Below are positions 27,485 to 36,592 of a stretch of DNA of 43,265 bases, one piece after another (the first letter of the stretch is position 1; each line of letters opens with the position of its first letter). The translations under genes and the position numbers were made by a program. This DNA is from Escherichia phage MarieHeimVoegtlin_Bas70. Under the pieces are notes generated by a model that saw only the letters and a list, made by a program, of their open reading frames with translations, was not told the DNA's origin and ran no database searches. The DNA lies in sequence record PQ850619.1; one strand, given 5' to 3'.

Positions 27485-29654
27485 AGCGTTTTAACTCCTG
27501 ACCTTCCGCTACAAGAGGGAACCCCTCCGCCCATTCTGGTAATTCGCACATCAATCGCTCAAGCTCTGCGACATTGTATTCCGGCGTATCTGGAGTTTCG
27601 CAGATAATCTCATCGTGGACATGAAGTACAATTGGATAACCGTTTGCTTCTACGTTCAGCAGCGCGTTGGCCAGCAAATCACGGCACAACGCCTGAGTGC
27701 AGTTTTCCACCAGTTTACCAGAGTAGGTGTACTGGAAGCCCCACTGCCGGGTTAACTGGTTTTCGCCCTGGTACTTGATGCGCACGTTAGTAGACACCTT
27801 TCCATCTTCGTCTGTCTCTTTCGACACACTTAATCCGACGCCCGGGTATGACATAACGCGACCCGACGGCAACGTCATGCGCAACCACCAGCCCGCGACT
27901 TTGTCGCCGTTGTTGTCTGTCTCTATGTTACGCGAAAACTTAACGCCTCGCGGTCCTGCGGTGAACTCTTTACCTGGATTGCGGATAGCGGCCATAGCTG
28001 CGTCTTCAATATCTCGCCAGAAAGCTACTGTTTCAGGGTGTGACTCTCGCCACATACGCTTGATAGCGTCACAGGTACGCCACACTTTCTTATCAAGAAT
28101 ATACGATGGTCGGTCATCCTTCTCCCCGGGTCGCGGCGGTCGCTTGGCTTCCTGAATACGTGCCCATTCATAGCCGCGTGCAGTAGCCGCCCAGATGTGG
28201 TCCGGGAAAGTACCGTCCATTGTTTTTGACATATCAACAAGGTCAAGTCCGAGGTTCTTAGCAAACTGAACGAAAGCGCCAACACCACCAGCGTAGCCGA
28301 GGCCAAGCTCGCAGGCTTTACCAATCTGGCGCAAGTCTTTGCGTTCCTTCTTAATGTAATCCGGCTCCATGCCGAACATCTTACCCGCGGTTACACAGTA
28401 AATGTCCAGCCCGGCGCGGAACGTATCTAGCGCGGTTTCTTCGCCTGCCAGCCACGCAAGCCCCCGACCTTCAACGTTAGAGTAATCGGCGACGACAAAC
28501 TTATGTCCAGCTTCCGGTATAATGCAGCTACGAACGGTAGATGCCGTCAGCTTGGCTACGTCAAATCGGCGGTGCGCCCGGCCCTTAAGTAACGCTGAAA
28601 TGCCTTTATCCAGTTCATCATCATGATAGTACCCACGCGCCAGGTTCTGTGGCTGGAAGCCTTTACCCGCGAACCGTAACGTACGCTTTGCCCCACCGTA
28701 CTGGATACAACCGCGGCGTCGGTCGTCCGACGAGCGGCCTAACAGCAGCGGGTTATATTTCGTGGGCGCTGTTGACGCGGCCCCGAGGCGCATTTCTATA
28801 ATCGCGCGGGCGTCGTCCGGTAAATCATCGTCCGCCAGCAGGTCGTTAAGCGTTGACTTCTGTGCATTGTGTATGCGGTGCGCGGGCGCAAGTTCACGCA
28901 GAATCGGAAGGAAGTCTTTACCGGTAAGCGAGCCGCCGTATTTACGTTGAGCTTCTTCCTGTAACTGTGCCTTGTGCTTCTCTACGGCTTCAATCGCGGC
29001 TTCCGCCAGTGCGACGTCAACCTTAAATCCGCGGTCGTTGATTAACTGGTCAAGTTCCAGTACACGGTCTTCGAATTCGGAGTTACCCCACCGCGGCAGC
29101 TTATGGAACACTTCACGCATCGCTGTGATGTCACTCACGGCATACTTGATAAACAGCGCCCACTCATCCGGGTGCGTTTCCGCGGTATAGCGGCGGATTT
29201 TGTAGTTCTTCGGCGTCGGTTTAGAGAAACGCTTAATCAGAGCCTTGCCGCGTTTATCTTTCGCGTTGTCTGCAGACACGCCCAGCACTTCGCACAGCGC
29301 ATCAAGAGAACCCGGCAGCGCGTGACGGAACGCCCAAATCATAGTATCAATGGTGTTGCTTACCGGAATATCAAATCCCCAGCAGTGCTTCATGACGAGC
29401 CTATCGAAAAGTCCACCGTTGTGCCACACCATCTTGATGCGGCTGTTGGGCTTAACAAGGCGGCGCAGTGCGCGGTGTAAATCCCCCGGCATGTCGCTGC
29501 CGTCGGTGCAATCCCATACCCGCACAGGTTCGTCGTCAAAAGCATATGTACAGATAAGCACTTCGGTTGACGGGTGTTCGGCGTAAGCGTAAGAACCGAC
29601 TTTCTTCAAATCGGCTTCTGAGAATGTTTCAAAGTCTAAGAACAGGTAACTCAT
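27474..29654 (-). CDS. DNA polymerase, family A, with 3'-5' exonuclease domain
   Basis: 726 aa. Exo I motif LDFETFS. Motif B-like RQIGKACELGLGYAGG. Motif C VLHVHDEI. ATG with AGGGG Shine-Dalgarno. Confidence 0.85.
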   Translation of the reverse strand: MSYLFLDFETFSEADLKKVGSYAYAEHPSTEVLICTYAFDDEPVRVWDCTDGSDMPGDLHRALRRLVKPNSRIKMVWHNGGLFDRLVMKHCWGFDIPVSNTIDTMIWAFRHALPGSLDALCEVLGVSADNAKDKRGKALIKRFSKPTPKNYKIRRYTAETHPDEWALFIKYAVSDITAMREVFHKLPRWGNSEFEDRVLELDQLINDRGFKVDVALAEAAIEAVEKHKAQLQEEAQRKYGGSLTGKDFLPILRELAPAHRIHNAQKSTLNDLLADDDLPDDARAIIEMRLGAASTAPTKYNPLLLGRSSDDRRRGCIQYGGAKRTLRFAGKGFQPQNLARGYYHDDELDKGISALLKGRAHRRFDVAKLTASTVRSCIIPEAGHKFVVADYSNVEGRGLAWLAGEETALDTFRAGLDIYCVTAGKMFGMEPDYIKKERKDLRQIGKACELGLGYAGGVGAFVQFAKNLGLDLVDMSKTMDGTFPDHIWAATARGYEWARIQEAKRPPRPGEKDDRPSYILDKKVWRTCDAIKRMWRESHPETVAFWRDIEDAAMAAIRNPGKEFTAGPRGVKFSRNIETDNNGDKVAGWWLRMTLPSGRVMSYPGVGLSVSKETDEDGKVSTNVRIKYQGENQLTRQWGFQYTYSGKLVENCTQALCRDLLANALLNVEANGYPIVLHVHDEIICETPDTPEYNVAELERLMCELPEWAEGFPLVAEGQELKRYAK

Positions 29655-29671
29655 TATTTTTGACCCCTAGT

Positions 29672-29698
29672 AAAAAGGCCCAATGAAGGGCCTTAGTT
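29672..29698 (-). terminator. intrinsic terminator (minus-strand orientation)
   Basis: On the minus strand: aggccc-ttcatt-gggcct followed by TTTTTAC. Lies between the ssDNA-binding protein gene and the polymerase gene. Confidence 0.6.
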
Positions 29699-29714
29699 AA
29701 AATTGATTCAGATA

Positions 29715-30341
29715 TTAGCGGCGACGACGTTCACGGCGCGGTGCTTCATCTTCTTCGTCATCTTCCAGGTCATTGACGCTCGCGGCGACTTTAGAACCGC
29801 CGAACGCTTTGCCTTCGCCAACGTATTTAATCGCCAGCAGGTTAACGCCGAGGACTTTGTATTTCTGGCTGAACCAGATTTCAACGCTTACGTTAGCTAA
29901 GCATCCGCTGTAAACCTGTTCACCTTCAATCTGTTCGCCGTCTACGTTGAAGTCCTGCTCTACCTGAGTCTCACCTTTTTTAGAGGTTACAATCAGCGGC
30001 TGTTTCTGTGCCTTCGCTTTGAAGTAGAAGCCTTCCGGGAAGTCTTCAAACGGATTGTCGCGCTCGGCAATGTCTTTAATCGCGCATTTATCCATGTGCT
30101 TACCTTCACCGTAGTTGGACTTCATCCATTTCTCGGCAGCGGCTGCGCCTAACGCTTCTTCAACTACAGCGTAAACGGTGTCGTAGAGTGCATCGATTTG
30201 AGCATGGTCAGACGGCAGGATGATAGTCGCGCTGTACTGGCCTTTAGTGATTGAGCCATCATCGTTTTCACGGTCTTTTTCACGTTCAAATACGTTAACC
30301 CAAGCAGTGTTTACTTTACGCAGATTCAGTTTAATACCCAT
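29715..30341 (-). CDS. putative ssDNA-binding protein (DUF2815-like)
   Basis: 208 aa with highly charged C-terminal tail DLEDDEEDEAPRRERRRR. Adjacent to the polymerase and a PD-(D/E)xK nuclease, the usual neighbourhood for such proteins. Followed by its own terminator. Confidence 0.45.
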   Translation of the reverse strand: MGIKLNLRKVNTAWVNVFEREKDRENDDGSITKGQYSATIILPSDHAQIDALYDTVYAVVEEALGAAAAEKWMKSNYGEGKHMDKCAIKDIAERDNPFEDFPEGFYFKAKAQKQPLIVTSKKGETQVEQDFNVDGEQIEGEQVYSGCLANVSVEIWFSQKYKVLGVNLLAIKYVGEGKAFGGSKVAASVNDLEDDEEDEAPRRERRRR

Positions 30342-30400
30342 CGTGATTTCTCGCTTTTAAGTTTCGTTTACTCCGGGAAGCTGCCCGGTCAGTGATTAGA

Positions 30401-30429
30401 ACTATAATAGCTAACTATTCAGGTGTCAA
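30401..30429 (-). promoter_or_regulatory. sigma70-like promoter (TTGACA-N17-TATAGT) with AATAGCTAACTATT palindrome in spacer
   Basis: Minus-strand reading gives TTGACA, 17-nt spacer, TATAGT. Embedded in the 3' end of the 30415-30618 ORF. Confidence 0.55.
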
Positions 30430-30618
30430 ATAAAATTTCGCAATACGGACTATGTTCTCGAAATCATTCATATCAACGGGTTCGAATTCATCCTCCACAT
30501 GGTTGTATCGCACCATCGTGCCGTTCAGGAACGTAAACGATTCCGAATGGATATAACCGCCCCAGCGCCATATCATCACAAAATCTTTATCTGTGGGCAT
30601 TTCATTTACTTGAATCAT
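30415..30618 (-). CDS. hypothetical protein (67 aa)
   Basis: ATG with GGAGGA Shine-Dalgarno. Overlaps the stop of the upstream nuclease gene. Confidence 0.45.
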   Translation of the reverse strand: MIQVNEMPTDKDFVMIWRWGGYIHSESFTFLNGTMVRYNHVEDEFEPVDMNDFENIVRIAKFYLTPE

Positions 30619-31856
30619 TCTAAATCCTCCTCTGTTACCCTATTCCACTCAGGACGTTTGTCGTCTGCCGTTGCAACACATGGTGCGCCTGGCTTACGGG
30701 TAATGAAGTCTTTCAGTTCTTCTTCCGGTATGACTTTAACCGCTTCGGTTGGCGTCATGAGCACTTGCTTCATTAGCGCTATGCCATACTTGCCAGCCAC
30801 TTTCTCTGCGTCTTTCCACGCACGATTGCCCGGGCGGCCCTCAACCAGCTTGTACCCCGGCACTTTCTTACCGGAATGCAACGCGGTGGCCATCGCTTTC
30901 TCAACCTTGTCGATGTGCTGGCGCAACAACGGCAACTTCTCATATTCAGCTACGAGTTGCTCCGGCGTAAGTTCCAGCGCAAAGTCGTCCTCCAGTTCTT
31001 CCGCCAGTACAGAGTTAACGGTTTTTGTACGCGCGGCACACTGTTCAGAGAACCGACACCACTGACAACCATCTACAGACGGCTTGAAATCAGATGCTTT
31101 CAGGTTCTTCTTACCGCGGAAATACGCATCAAGCGCCAACAGTGCACGTTTCTTGGCAAACTTAGCGAACAGTTCAAGGCCTTCAACCGAGATGTCCCAC
31201 TCCGACGCGCCGCCAGTGTACGGCTGGAAGATTACCAGACGAACAACTGTTATGTTATAACGTCTCTTGAGTCGGCGATAAACACCGAGAGCGTAAAGCA
31301 TAAGCTGTTTGTTTTCTTTCGCTTCGACACGATGCCGCCCGGTTTTCAGGTCGCCGATAATGAGCATGTGCTCGTCGGTGTTTGCCAGTTCCTGTACAGC
31401 AACGAGGTCAGCGGTTCCGAACGTCTCAACGCCTTCATACCCCGGATGCAATACCTCAGTAAGATTGACACGCATTTCCAGCTTGGCGTAAGTCGCTACG
31501 TCTATAATCGCTTTGCAGTAGTCGGTGTACTTGCGCACCTGCTCAATCATGTCCGCCGTAATCAGTACCGCGCCTTTCATCGGGCTGATTAGCGCCTTAA
31601 TCTGACCTTTACCCTCATCCAGCACGTAAGCACCGACTTCACGTTCTAACGGCAGCGCAGTGCCACGGATATAGGCGTTTAGGTGCACTTCTGCGATTGT
31701 ATGGCATGCGGTCCCCGTAACGGCAGCTTTACCTGACGTGTTAGGAATATCTTTTTCACAGGCCAGTGATGCACTGCACGTCAGCCACTTCTTAGCACCT
31801 GACGGCGACAATAAGGCGTGCACATCATTATTGCCACCGCGTTCTTTTAGAATCAT
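30615..31856 (-). CDS. PD-(D/E)xK nuclease with Cys cluster (Cas4/RecB-like, DUF2800-like)
   Basis: Start taken at ATG 31856 with GGGAGAA Shine-Dalgarno (track begins at GTG 31871). Motif GDLKTG...QLMLYALG. Cysteines in WLTCSASLAC and CQWCRFSEQC suggest an Fe-S cluster. Confidence 0.6.
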   Translation of the reverse strand: MILKERGGNNDVHALLSPSGAKKWLTCSASLACEKDIPNTSGKAAVTGTACHTIAEVHLNAYIRGTALPLEREVGAYVLDEGKGQIKALISPMKGAVLITADMIEQVRKYTDYCKAIIDVATYAKLEMRVNLTEVLHPGYEGVETFGTADLVAVQELANTDEHMLIIGDLKTGRHRVEAKENKQLMLYALGVYRRLKRRYNITVVRLVIFQPYTGGASEWDISVEGLELFAKFAKKRALLALDAYFRGKKNLKASDFKPSVDGCQWCRFSEQCAARTKTVNSVLAEELEDDFALELTPEQLVAEYEKLPLLRQHIDKVEKAMATALHSGKKVPGYKLVEGRPGNRAWKDAEKVAGKYGIALMKQVLMTPTEAVKVIPEEELKDFITRKPGAPCVATADDKRPEWNRVTEEDLE

Positions 31857-32125
31857 GCTCTGTTCTCCCACTGGTCAATTAAATGCCGTGTCTTGTGGTC
31901 GCAATGTAAGGCCCATCCATACATCGACTCGAAGACATAAAAGTCGGGCTTGGCGAATGTCGTGCGTTTAATCCGCGACACGTGACGACCTATATCTTTA
32001 GGACGCGGTACTTTGCCTAAGTACGCCATCTCTTCCATCTGGTGCGCACCGGACGGCGCACGCAACAGCCACAACGCCTCTGTGTTATCCCGCCTGTCTA
32101 CGGCGCGGTAGAGTTGGTAAATCAT
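31853..32125 (-). CDS. hypothetical protein (90 aa)
   Basis: ORF with ATGA overlap to the downstream nuclease gene. No motif recognised with confidence. Confidence 0.4.
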   Translation of the reverse strand: MIYQLYRAVDRRDNTEALWLLRAPSGAHQMEEMAYLGKVPRPKDIGRHVSRIKRTTFAKPDFYVFESMYGWALHCDHKTRHLIDQWENRA

Positions 32126-32168
32126 ATTTCCGCCCCTCCGTTAAAGCGGCCCGAAGGCCGCCTGATAG

Positions 32169-32669
32169 TTATTCTTCTTCGAAATACTTGTTCTTGATTG
32201 CTGTCAAGCGTTCCAGGTATTCAGCCAGGTCTTCGTCTTTAATCGCTGCAATCTTCATTTTCTTACCTGTGAACTCTTCCAGCAGTTCATCAGAATCATC
32301 GCACGCGGCATCGCTCGGACCTTCGTTAATTGCATCGTCGATAGCCTGAATCTGGTCGCGCAGAGACTTATAGTCTACTTCTTCTTTCTCTTCTTCCGGC
32401 TCTGGCGTCGTTTCCTCTACTTTAGCTTTACGCGGCTTGCGTTTTGGCTTCTCTTCTTCTGCCGGTTTAGTGTCAACGATGTCTTCACCTTCTGCCGGGA
32501 TTTCTTTTGTTGCTTCTTCAGCGCACTCAGCTACCGCTTCTTTGGTGTACGATACAGTCTCTACTTCCAGCGGCGCGGCAACCTGAACAACTTGTTTCGC
32601 ACTGTTCGCGGCAATCAGTTCATGTGCAACTACGAAACGTTCCAGCAATACTAAGAATTTCTCTAACAT
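32169..32669 (-). CDS. highly acidic hypothetical protein
   Basis: 166 aa, very rich in E/D (for example PEPEEEKEEVDY, DDSDELLEEF). In the replication operon. Confidence 0.5.
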   Translation of the reverse strand: MLEKFLVLLERFVVAHELIAANSAKQVVQVAAPLEVETVSYTKEAVAECAEEATKEIPAEGEDIVDTKPAEEEKPKRKPRKAKVEETTPEPEEEKEEVDYKSLRDQIQAIDDAINEGPSDAACDDSDELLEEFTGKKMKIAAIKDEDLAEYLERLTAIKNKYFEEE

Positions 32670-32693
32670 TTGTTTCTCTCCTGTTTGTGTAAG

Positions 32694-32921
32694 TTACTCA
32701 CCGTCGCCTTCAGTAAGGCTATCGTCTATTAGTTCAAATTTACCGTTTGAGTGTTGAATAGCTTCTTGCCCGCAATGGTCACAGACAACAAGTTTATCGA
32801 ACCCATCAAACTCATCCCCTACTACGCAAGAAAGTACAAATTTATGTTTTGTGCACACTTCTTGCGGAGCGCCGAAAATTGCTCGAAAACCTTTAGCTAT
32901 GGCCCCAGTGATTGTGTTCAT
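32694..32921 (-). CDS. small zinc-ribbon-like protein
   Basis: 75 aa with four Cys/His spaced as C...C...CDHC. GAGAGGGG Shine-Dalgarno. First gene downstream of the leftward promoter at 32950-32978. Confidence 0.45.
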   Translation of the reverse strand: MNTITGAIAKGFRAIFGAPQEVCTKHKFVLSCVVGDEFDGFDKLVVCDHCGQEAIQHSNGKFELIDDSLTEGDGE

Positions 32922-32949
32922 ATCTGCCCCTCTCGTTTGGTATGGGCTA

Positions 32950-32978
32950 ACTATAATAGCGAACTATTCACATGTCAA
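32950..32978 (-). promoter_or_regulatory. sigma70-like promoter (TTGACA-N17-TATAGT) with AATAGCGAACTATT palindrome
   Basis: Minus-strand reading gives TTGACA, 17-nt spacer, TATAGT. Divergent from the HTH regulator gene at 33043. Confidence 0.6.
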
Positions 32979-33042
32979 TGGGCTTTTCTAAAATAATTAA
33001 TATGGTACTATTCACATATCAACTGACTAAGGAGTAATTGAC

Positions 33043-33258
33043 ATGCAACCATCTGAACTAGGTATCCGTGTAGAACAACGCCGTAAAGAACTCGGCATCT
33101 CCCAGCGCCGTTTGGCGGCCCTGACCGGCGTTTCCCAGGGCGCGATTAACCAACTGGCACTTGGAGTAACTCAGGACGTCCGCCCGGCAACGCTGTTCAA
33201 ACTGGCGGAAGTTCTGGAAGTAGACGCCAAGTGGCTGGCGTTAGGTGAAGGGGCTTAA
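33043..33258 (+). CDS. XRE-family HTH transcriptional regulator (Cro/CI-like)
   Basis: 71 aa. Classic HTH ISQRRLAALTGVSQGAINQL. AAGGAG Shine-Dalgarno. Sits in a divergent promoter region carrying the repeated palindrome. Confidence 0.7.
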   Translation: MQPSELGIRVEQRRKELGISQRRLAALTGVSQGAINQLALGVTQDVRPATLFKLAEVLEVDAKWLALGEGA

Positions 33259-33275
33259 AGCCCCTTTCTTTTTAC
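33248..33275 (+). terminator. intrinsic terminator
   Basis: ggggct-taa-agcccc hairpin overlapping the stop codon, followed by TTTCTTTTTACC. Confidence 0.6.
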
Positions 33276-35510
33276 CTATTCCAAATCCTCCTCTGTCACC
33301 ACCAGCATCTCATTTGGTTCGTATAGTGTCTTCGGCCTTAATCTATCCCCTATTCTTTCGGGTATACGATATGTTCTCGGTACTACTTCGCCGTTAGCAT
33401 CGCAACCAAGCATTAGTTCTCCATCTTTCAACATTTTATCAAGATGGGTGTTAGTCACAGAGAAGTCACCGGAACGAGCCACTATCTGCTGCTGAGTAAA
33501 ACCGCGACCTGTGTCATCTGACTGTTGCAGGTCTTCCAGTGCCGAAAGTATTGACTCCTTCCTTACTTCATCCCTGCCGCGTTTAACTTCTTCCTTTACT
33601 TTTTGCTTACCTTCTTTCGTCAACCCTTCTTCCCGCTCTTTCTCCTCGTCAGTTTTGAACGGCTCGAAACCCCACGGCATCAACACAAGCGCCTTGTGTG
33701 GTTCAGGCAGGTCCAGGTTTACGATTGTGCCGTATTCCTCTGTGCTACCCAGGAACTCAACCGCTCGGTATTCTTTAGGCGGCGGCGCTTCACGGAACTG
33801 TACCGACTCCAGCACCATGCCAACCGTCTTCTGCTGAGGCCCGTGCTTGAATTTCGAGTGATATACGTTTATCTGACGGTCGGTTGCACGTTCGATTGTC
33901 AGTTCCACGTCAACACCCGCATACAGCGCCCCACTGCCGCGTGCTTTCTTTCCACCCTTCGGCGTATGGTGGACAACGCCTACTGCGGCTTTAGTTGCAT
34001 CGCGTACTTCTTTCAGAATGGCGATAACTTTACCCATGCCGATTGCTGTTGATGAACTGTTCTCGTCGAACTTATCAATCGTCAGGGCCAGCGTCTGGTT
34101 AAGGGTGTCGAAGGCAACCATGCCAATAGGTTCATCCCCTGCGGTTTCGCGCATTAACTTAATCAGGCTTTTAAGTTTGCCGACTTCGCCCATATCGATG
34201 ACGTGTACATAATCTTTACCTTCCCCGCCATATTTAGCCGCTAGTGCATCAATACGGGTGCGTGTAGCTGCGCCACCCTCACCATCAATATAGAAATGGT
34301 GGCAACGCTGGGTATCCGCCCCCGCAAACCGGTACCCGGCGGCGCTCAGGTACATCATCCCCAGCGTATAGAATGATTTGTACGTGCCAGATTCCCCGAC
34401 GATATCCCATATACAATCTGATGGCATGTACCCTTCAACGACGAAATCAGCCTTTACCGGCTCCGGTAACTCGTCCCCCTCTGAGTCCTCCTCTGAGTCC
34501 TCGTCGTCTTCCAGGTCGTCGAGGCTGCAAGTTACTGGGTCCTCGTTCTCTGTGCGGTGTAGTTCTTCAATCTCTTCTTCCGGTAAATCAGGCAGAGCCG
34601 CACGAATGCTGTTAATGCTGATAGGTTGCTTGTCTACGTTAAGCTCGTCTGGCAGGCCGCACATACGCAGGGCCAAATGCTGTCGGCGGTTAAGCTCGGT
34701 GCAAGCGCCGTTGTTTGTATGCTGGCAGACAAAGCGCACTTCTTTACCGTCGAGCATTATGCTGGTGGAGCCCTTGCCTGTATGCAGATGTTCGTTAGGG
34801 CATGGCACTTCGTACCCGCGCCCGGAAGATAAAGCGTCAAGGCCAAGCTCGGCTTCGCAGAAGTGTGCTATATCCGCGTTAAGCCCATGCTCATCAGCGG
34901 CAAGTGTTTTAGCCTCACGCTTACGCAACCCCATCTCTTCGGCTTTCTTGATGTACCGCTCGGCACGGATAACACGCCCTTCTGTAACCGTTATCTTCGA
35001 CTCTTTGTGCGGCAGGTAGATAAGGCGGTTGCCATCTTCCGTGCAGTGGTCGCGCAACGCTTCGTCTATTTCTAACTCTGCACAAATAGCACGTTGCACC
35101 ATCCACGCGTCGTTAGAGTTAAACGGCGTGCGAGCTGGAACCAGAACGCGGAAAGCGTAATCTCCGTTTTTACACACATGCTGATGCGATGCCGTTGTAT
35201 GCAGAATATTGAAGAACGGTGCGTTCTTGAATTTGCGGGTAAGGTCGCGGTACTGAGTACGGTTGAGATGGTCAAAATCGAACTTAACCACACTGTCTTC
35301 CAGAATAGCGTTCTTACGGCGACCGCCAACAGGCGCAATAGCTTTCTGTTTAATCTTGGCCGCGTCGTACTCTTCCTTAGTCCATGACGGGTCCACGGAT
35401 AAACGCTTCGATGTATCGCAGACATACTCCACAAACTGCTCGAGCGGCATCTCACGCGCTACAGGGTTTTTATCGAATGTGTTACGCAGCGTTGCAAAAA
35501 CAATATTCAT
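33276..35510 (-). CDS. putative primase/helicase (RecA-fold AAA ATPase with N-terminal primase-like region)
   Basis: 744 aa. Walker A GESGTYKS and Walker B-like MVAFD in the central domain. Cys/His cluster CPNEHLH...CQHTNNGAC in the N-terminal half. C-terminal region resembles a winged helix. Confidence 0.65.
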   Translation of the reverse strand: MNIVFATLRNTFDKNPVAREMPLEQFVEYVCDTSKRLSVDPSWTKEEYDAAKIKQKAIAPVGGRRKNAILEDSVVKFDFDHLNRTQYRDLTRKFKNAPFFNILHTTASHQHVCKNGDYAFRVLVPARTPFNSNDAWMVQRAICAELEIDEALRDHCTEDGNRLIYLPHKESKITVTEGRVIRAERYIKKAEEMGLRKREAKTLAADEHGLNADIAHFCEAELGLDALSSGRGYEVPCPNEHLHTGKGSTSIMLDGKEVRFVCQHTNNGACTELNRRQHLALRMCGLPDELNVDKQPISINSIRAALPDLPEEEIEELHRTENEDPVTCSLDDLEDDEDSEEDSEGDELPEPVKADFVVEGYMPSDCIWDIVGESGTYKSFYTLGMMYLSAAGYRFAGADTQRCHHFYIDGEGGAATRTRIDALAAKYGGEGKDYVHVIDMGEVGKLKSLIKLMRETAGDEPIGMVAFDTLNQTLALTIDKFDENSSSTAIGMGKVIAILKEVRDATKAAVGVVHHTPKGGKKARGSGALYAGVDVELTIERATDRQINVYHSKFKHGPQQKTVGMVLESVQFREAPPPKEYRAVEFLGSTEEYGTIVNLDLPEPHKALVLMPWGFEPFKTDEEKEREEGLTKEGKQKVKEEVKRGRDEVRKESILSALEDLQQSDDTGRGFTQQQIVARSGDFSVTNTHLDKMLKDGELMLGCDANGEVVPRTYRIPERIGDRLRPKTLYEPNEMLVVTEEDLE

Positions 35511-35635
35511 TTCTTTTTCTCCGCACGTTCTAAGGCTTCCTGCATACGGCGCATTGCGCGGTTCATCTTTACCGGTGCGAAGAAGTCAGCGCCGTGTTTC
35601 TGGCGGCGTAGCTGTGGAACTATTAACTTTGTCAT
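35507..35635 (-). CDS. hypothetical small basic protein (41 aa)
   Basis: ATG at 35635. Its stop overlaps the primase-helicase ATG (ATGA). Hand-translated as MTKLIVPQLRRQKHGADFFAPVKMNRAMRRMQEALERAEKKK. Confidence 0.3.
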   Translation of the reverse strand: MTKLIVPQLRRQKHGADFFAPVKMNRAMRRMQEALERAEKKK

Positions 35636-35704
35636 TGTATAATCCTTATGCTTACTTTGATGATTTGTACTTTAGCCCCGACGTTCTGGCGTTGGGGTTT
35701 CTTT

Positions 35705-35995
35705 TTACCGTTTAGCCAACCCTTCCAGCAAATTTTTATACTCTTCAAAATATTCCTCGACCAAATCATCGCCGAAATAGAAGTCGATATACTCGAGATT
35801 ATCTCTTACGTTAAGCGATGCCGACATGGTGCTTAGTTGGCGTAAGCTAATTAGCTTCATTTCTGTTTCTACGCAGAAAGGCCGGTAGGTATCAAGATGG
35901 CAAGAGATATTGAAGCATAAAGCGAACTCTCCGGCCACGGAGTGAACCGTATACACTTCGTTTTCTGCTTTATTGTGGAAAATTACGCCTTTCAT
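35705..35995 (-). CDS. hypothetical protein (96 aa)
   Basis: ORF overlapping the upstream HTH gene stop. No recognisable motif. Confidence 0.4.
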   Translation of the reverse strand: MKGVIFHNKAENEVYTVHSVAGEFALCFNISCHLDTYRPFCVETEMKLISLRQLSTMSASLNVRDNLEYIDFYFGDDLVEEYFEEYKNLLEGLAKR

Positions 35996-36174
35996 TTCAC
36001 GTTCTCCTTAATCCATGCTTCGACTTTATTACGGTCAAATGTTCCCGGTAAACGGCGGCCCATAACCTTAATACAGCAGTCAGGGAATTTGCCGCTGCGC
36101 AACCAGTTATTAATCGTCTGACGTGTCACCCCGATACGTTCAGCTACTTCATTCTGCGTCATATAATGCGACAT
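35992..36174 (-). CDS. small HTH DNA-binding protein (excisionase/AlpA-like fold)
   Basis: Start taken at ATG 36174 with AGGAG Shine-Dalgarno (track ORF extends to 36288). HTH in MTQNEVAERIGVTRQTINNWL. 60 aa. Confidence 0.55.
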   Translation of the reverse strand: MSHYMTQNEVAERIGVTRQTINNWLRSGKFPDCCIKVMGRRLPGTFDRNKVEAWIKENVK

Positions 36175-36205
36175 TTTTATATCTCCTGTTTGTTTGGTGA
36201 AACTG

Positions 36206-36234
36206 AGTATAGGATAGCGGGAATGTAAAAGCAA
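36206..36234 (-). promoter_or_regulatory. sigma70-like promoter (TTGCTT-N17-TATACT)
   Basis: Minus-strand reading gives TTGCTT, 17-nt spacer, TATACT, about 30 nt upstream of the HTH gene start. Confidence 0.45.
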
Positions 36235-36271
36235 CCAATCTCTGTAATATTTAATCTTTACAAAAATGTTA

Positions 36272-36301
36272 TTGAAAGTTCTTGACACATGTTTGTATAA
36301 T
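36272..36301 (+). promoter_or_regulatory. sigma70-like promoter (TTGAAA-N18-TATAAT)
   Basis: TTGAAA at 36272-36277, 18-nt spacer, TATAAT at 36296-36301. Rightward, divergent from the HTH gene promoter. Confidence 0.5.
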
Positions 36302-36307
36302 GGTTTT

Positions 36308-36527
36308 GGGACTTGTATATATTACGGAGTTGACGAACCCTCCCCGAGGGATTCGTCAACCCCTCCCAGACAGCTGAGATGCTTGCCTTGTGGTTTAAGG
36401 ATAAGTGTATCTAAATCTCATTTAAAGAAGTAACCCGCTGAAATATCTACTGTTTCTTAATGTGCCGTAGATTCGCAACCGTAAAAATGTAACGATTATT
36501 GGGCAGGCTTAAGCCTGCCCTTTAGTT
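36308..36527 (+). ncRNA. candidate small noncoding RNA or structured leader
   Basis: Bounded by the promoter at 36272-36301 and a hairpin terminator at 36501-36527. No ORF longer than about 11 codons. Strong 5' hairpin at 36329-36360 (9-bp plus 5-bp stem). Confidence 0.25.
36501..36527 (+). terminator. intrinsic terminator
   Basis: gggcaggc-ttaa-gcctgccc perfect 8-bp stem followed by TTTAGTT. Confidence 0.5.
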
Positions 36528-36592
36528 ACCAAGTAATAAGAATAAAGGCACAACCCTCCCCGAAGAATCACAACGGCAACGTAACTATTCTC

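Noticed and set aside
30876-31592. 238-aa plus-strand ORF
   Set aside because: Antisense to the PD-(D/E)xK nuclease gene, which has clear motifs. No ribosome-binding site.
34378-35019. 213-aa plus-strand ORF
   Set aside because: Antisense to the primase-helicase gene. Ser/Arg-rich, low complexity.
35660-35698. Hairpin ccccgacg-ttctgg-cgttgggg followed by TTTCTTTTT as a terminator
   Set aside because: Its T-run is on the plus strand, but both flanking genes are on the minus strand, where no U-tract follows. It cannot terminate the local operon; an antisense function is not supported.
36282-36301. TTGACA at 36282-36287 as the -35 for TATAAT at 36296-36301
   Set aside because: The spacer would be only 8 nt. 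The upstream TTGAAA at 36272-36277 gives a workable 18-nt spacer and is used instead.
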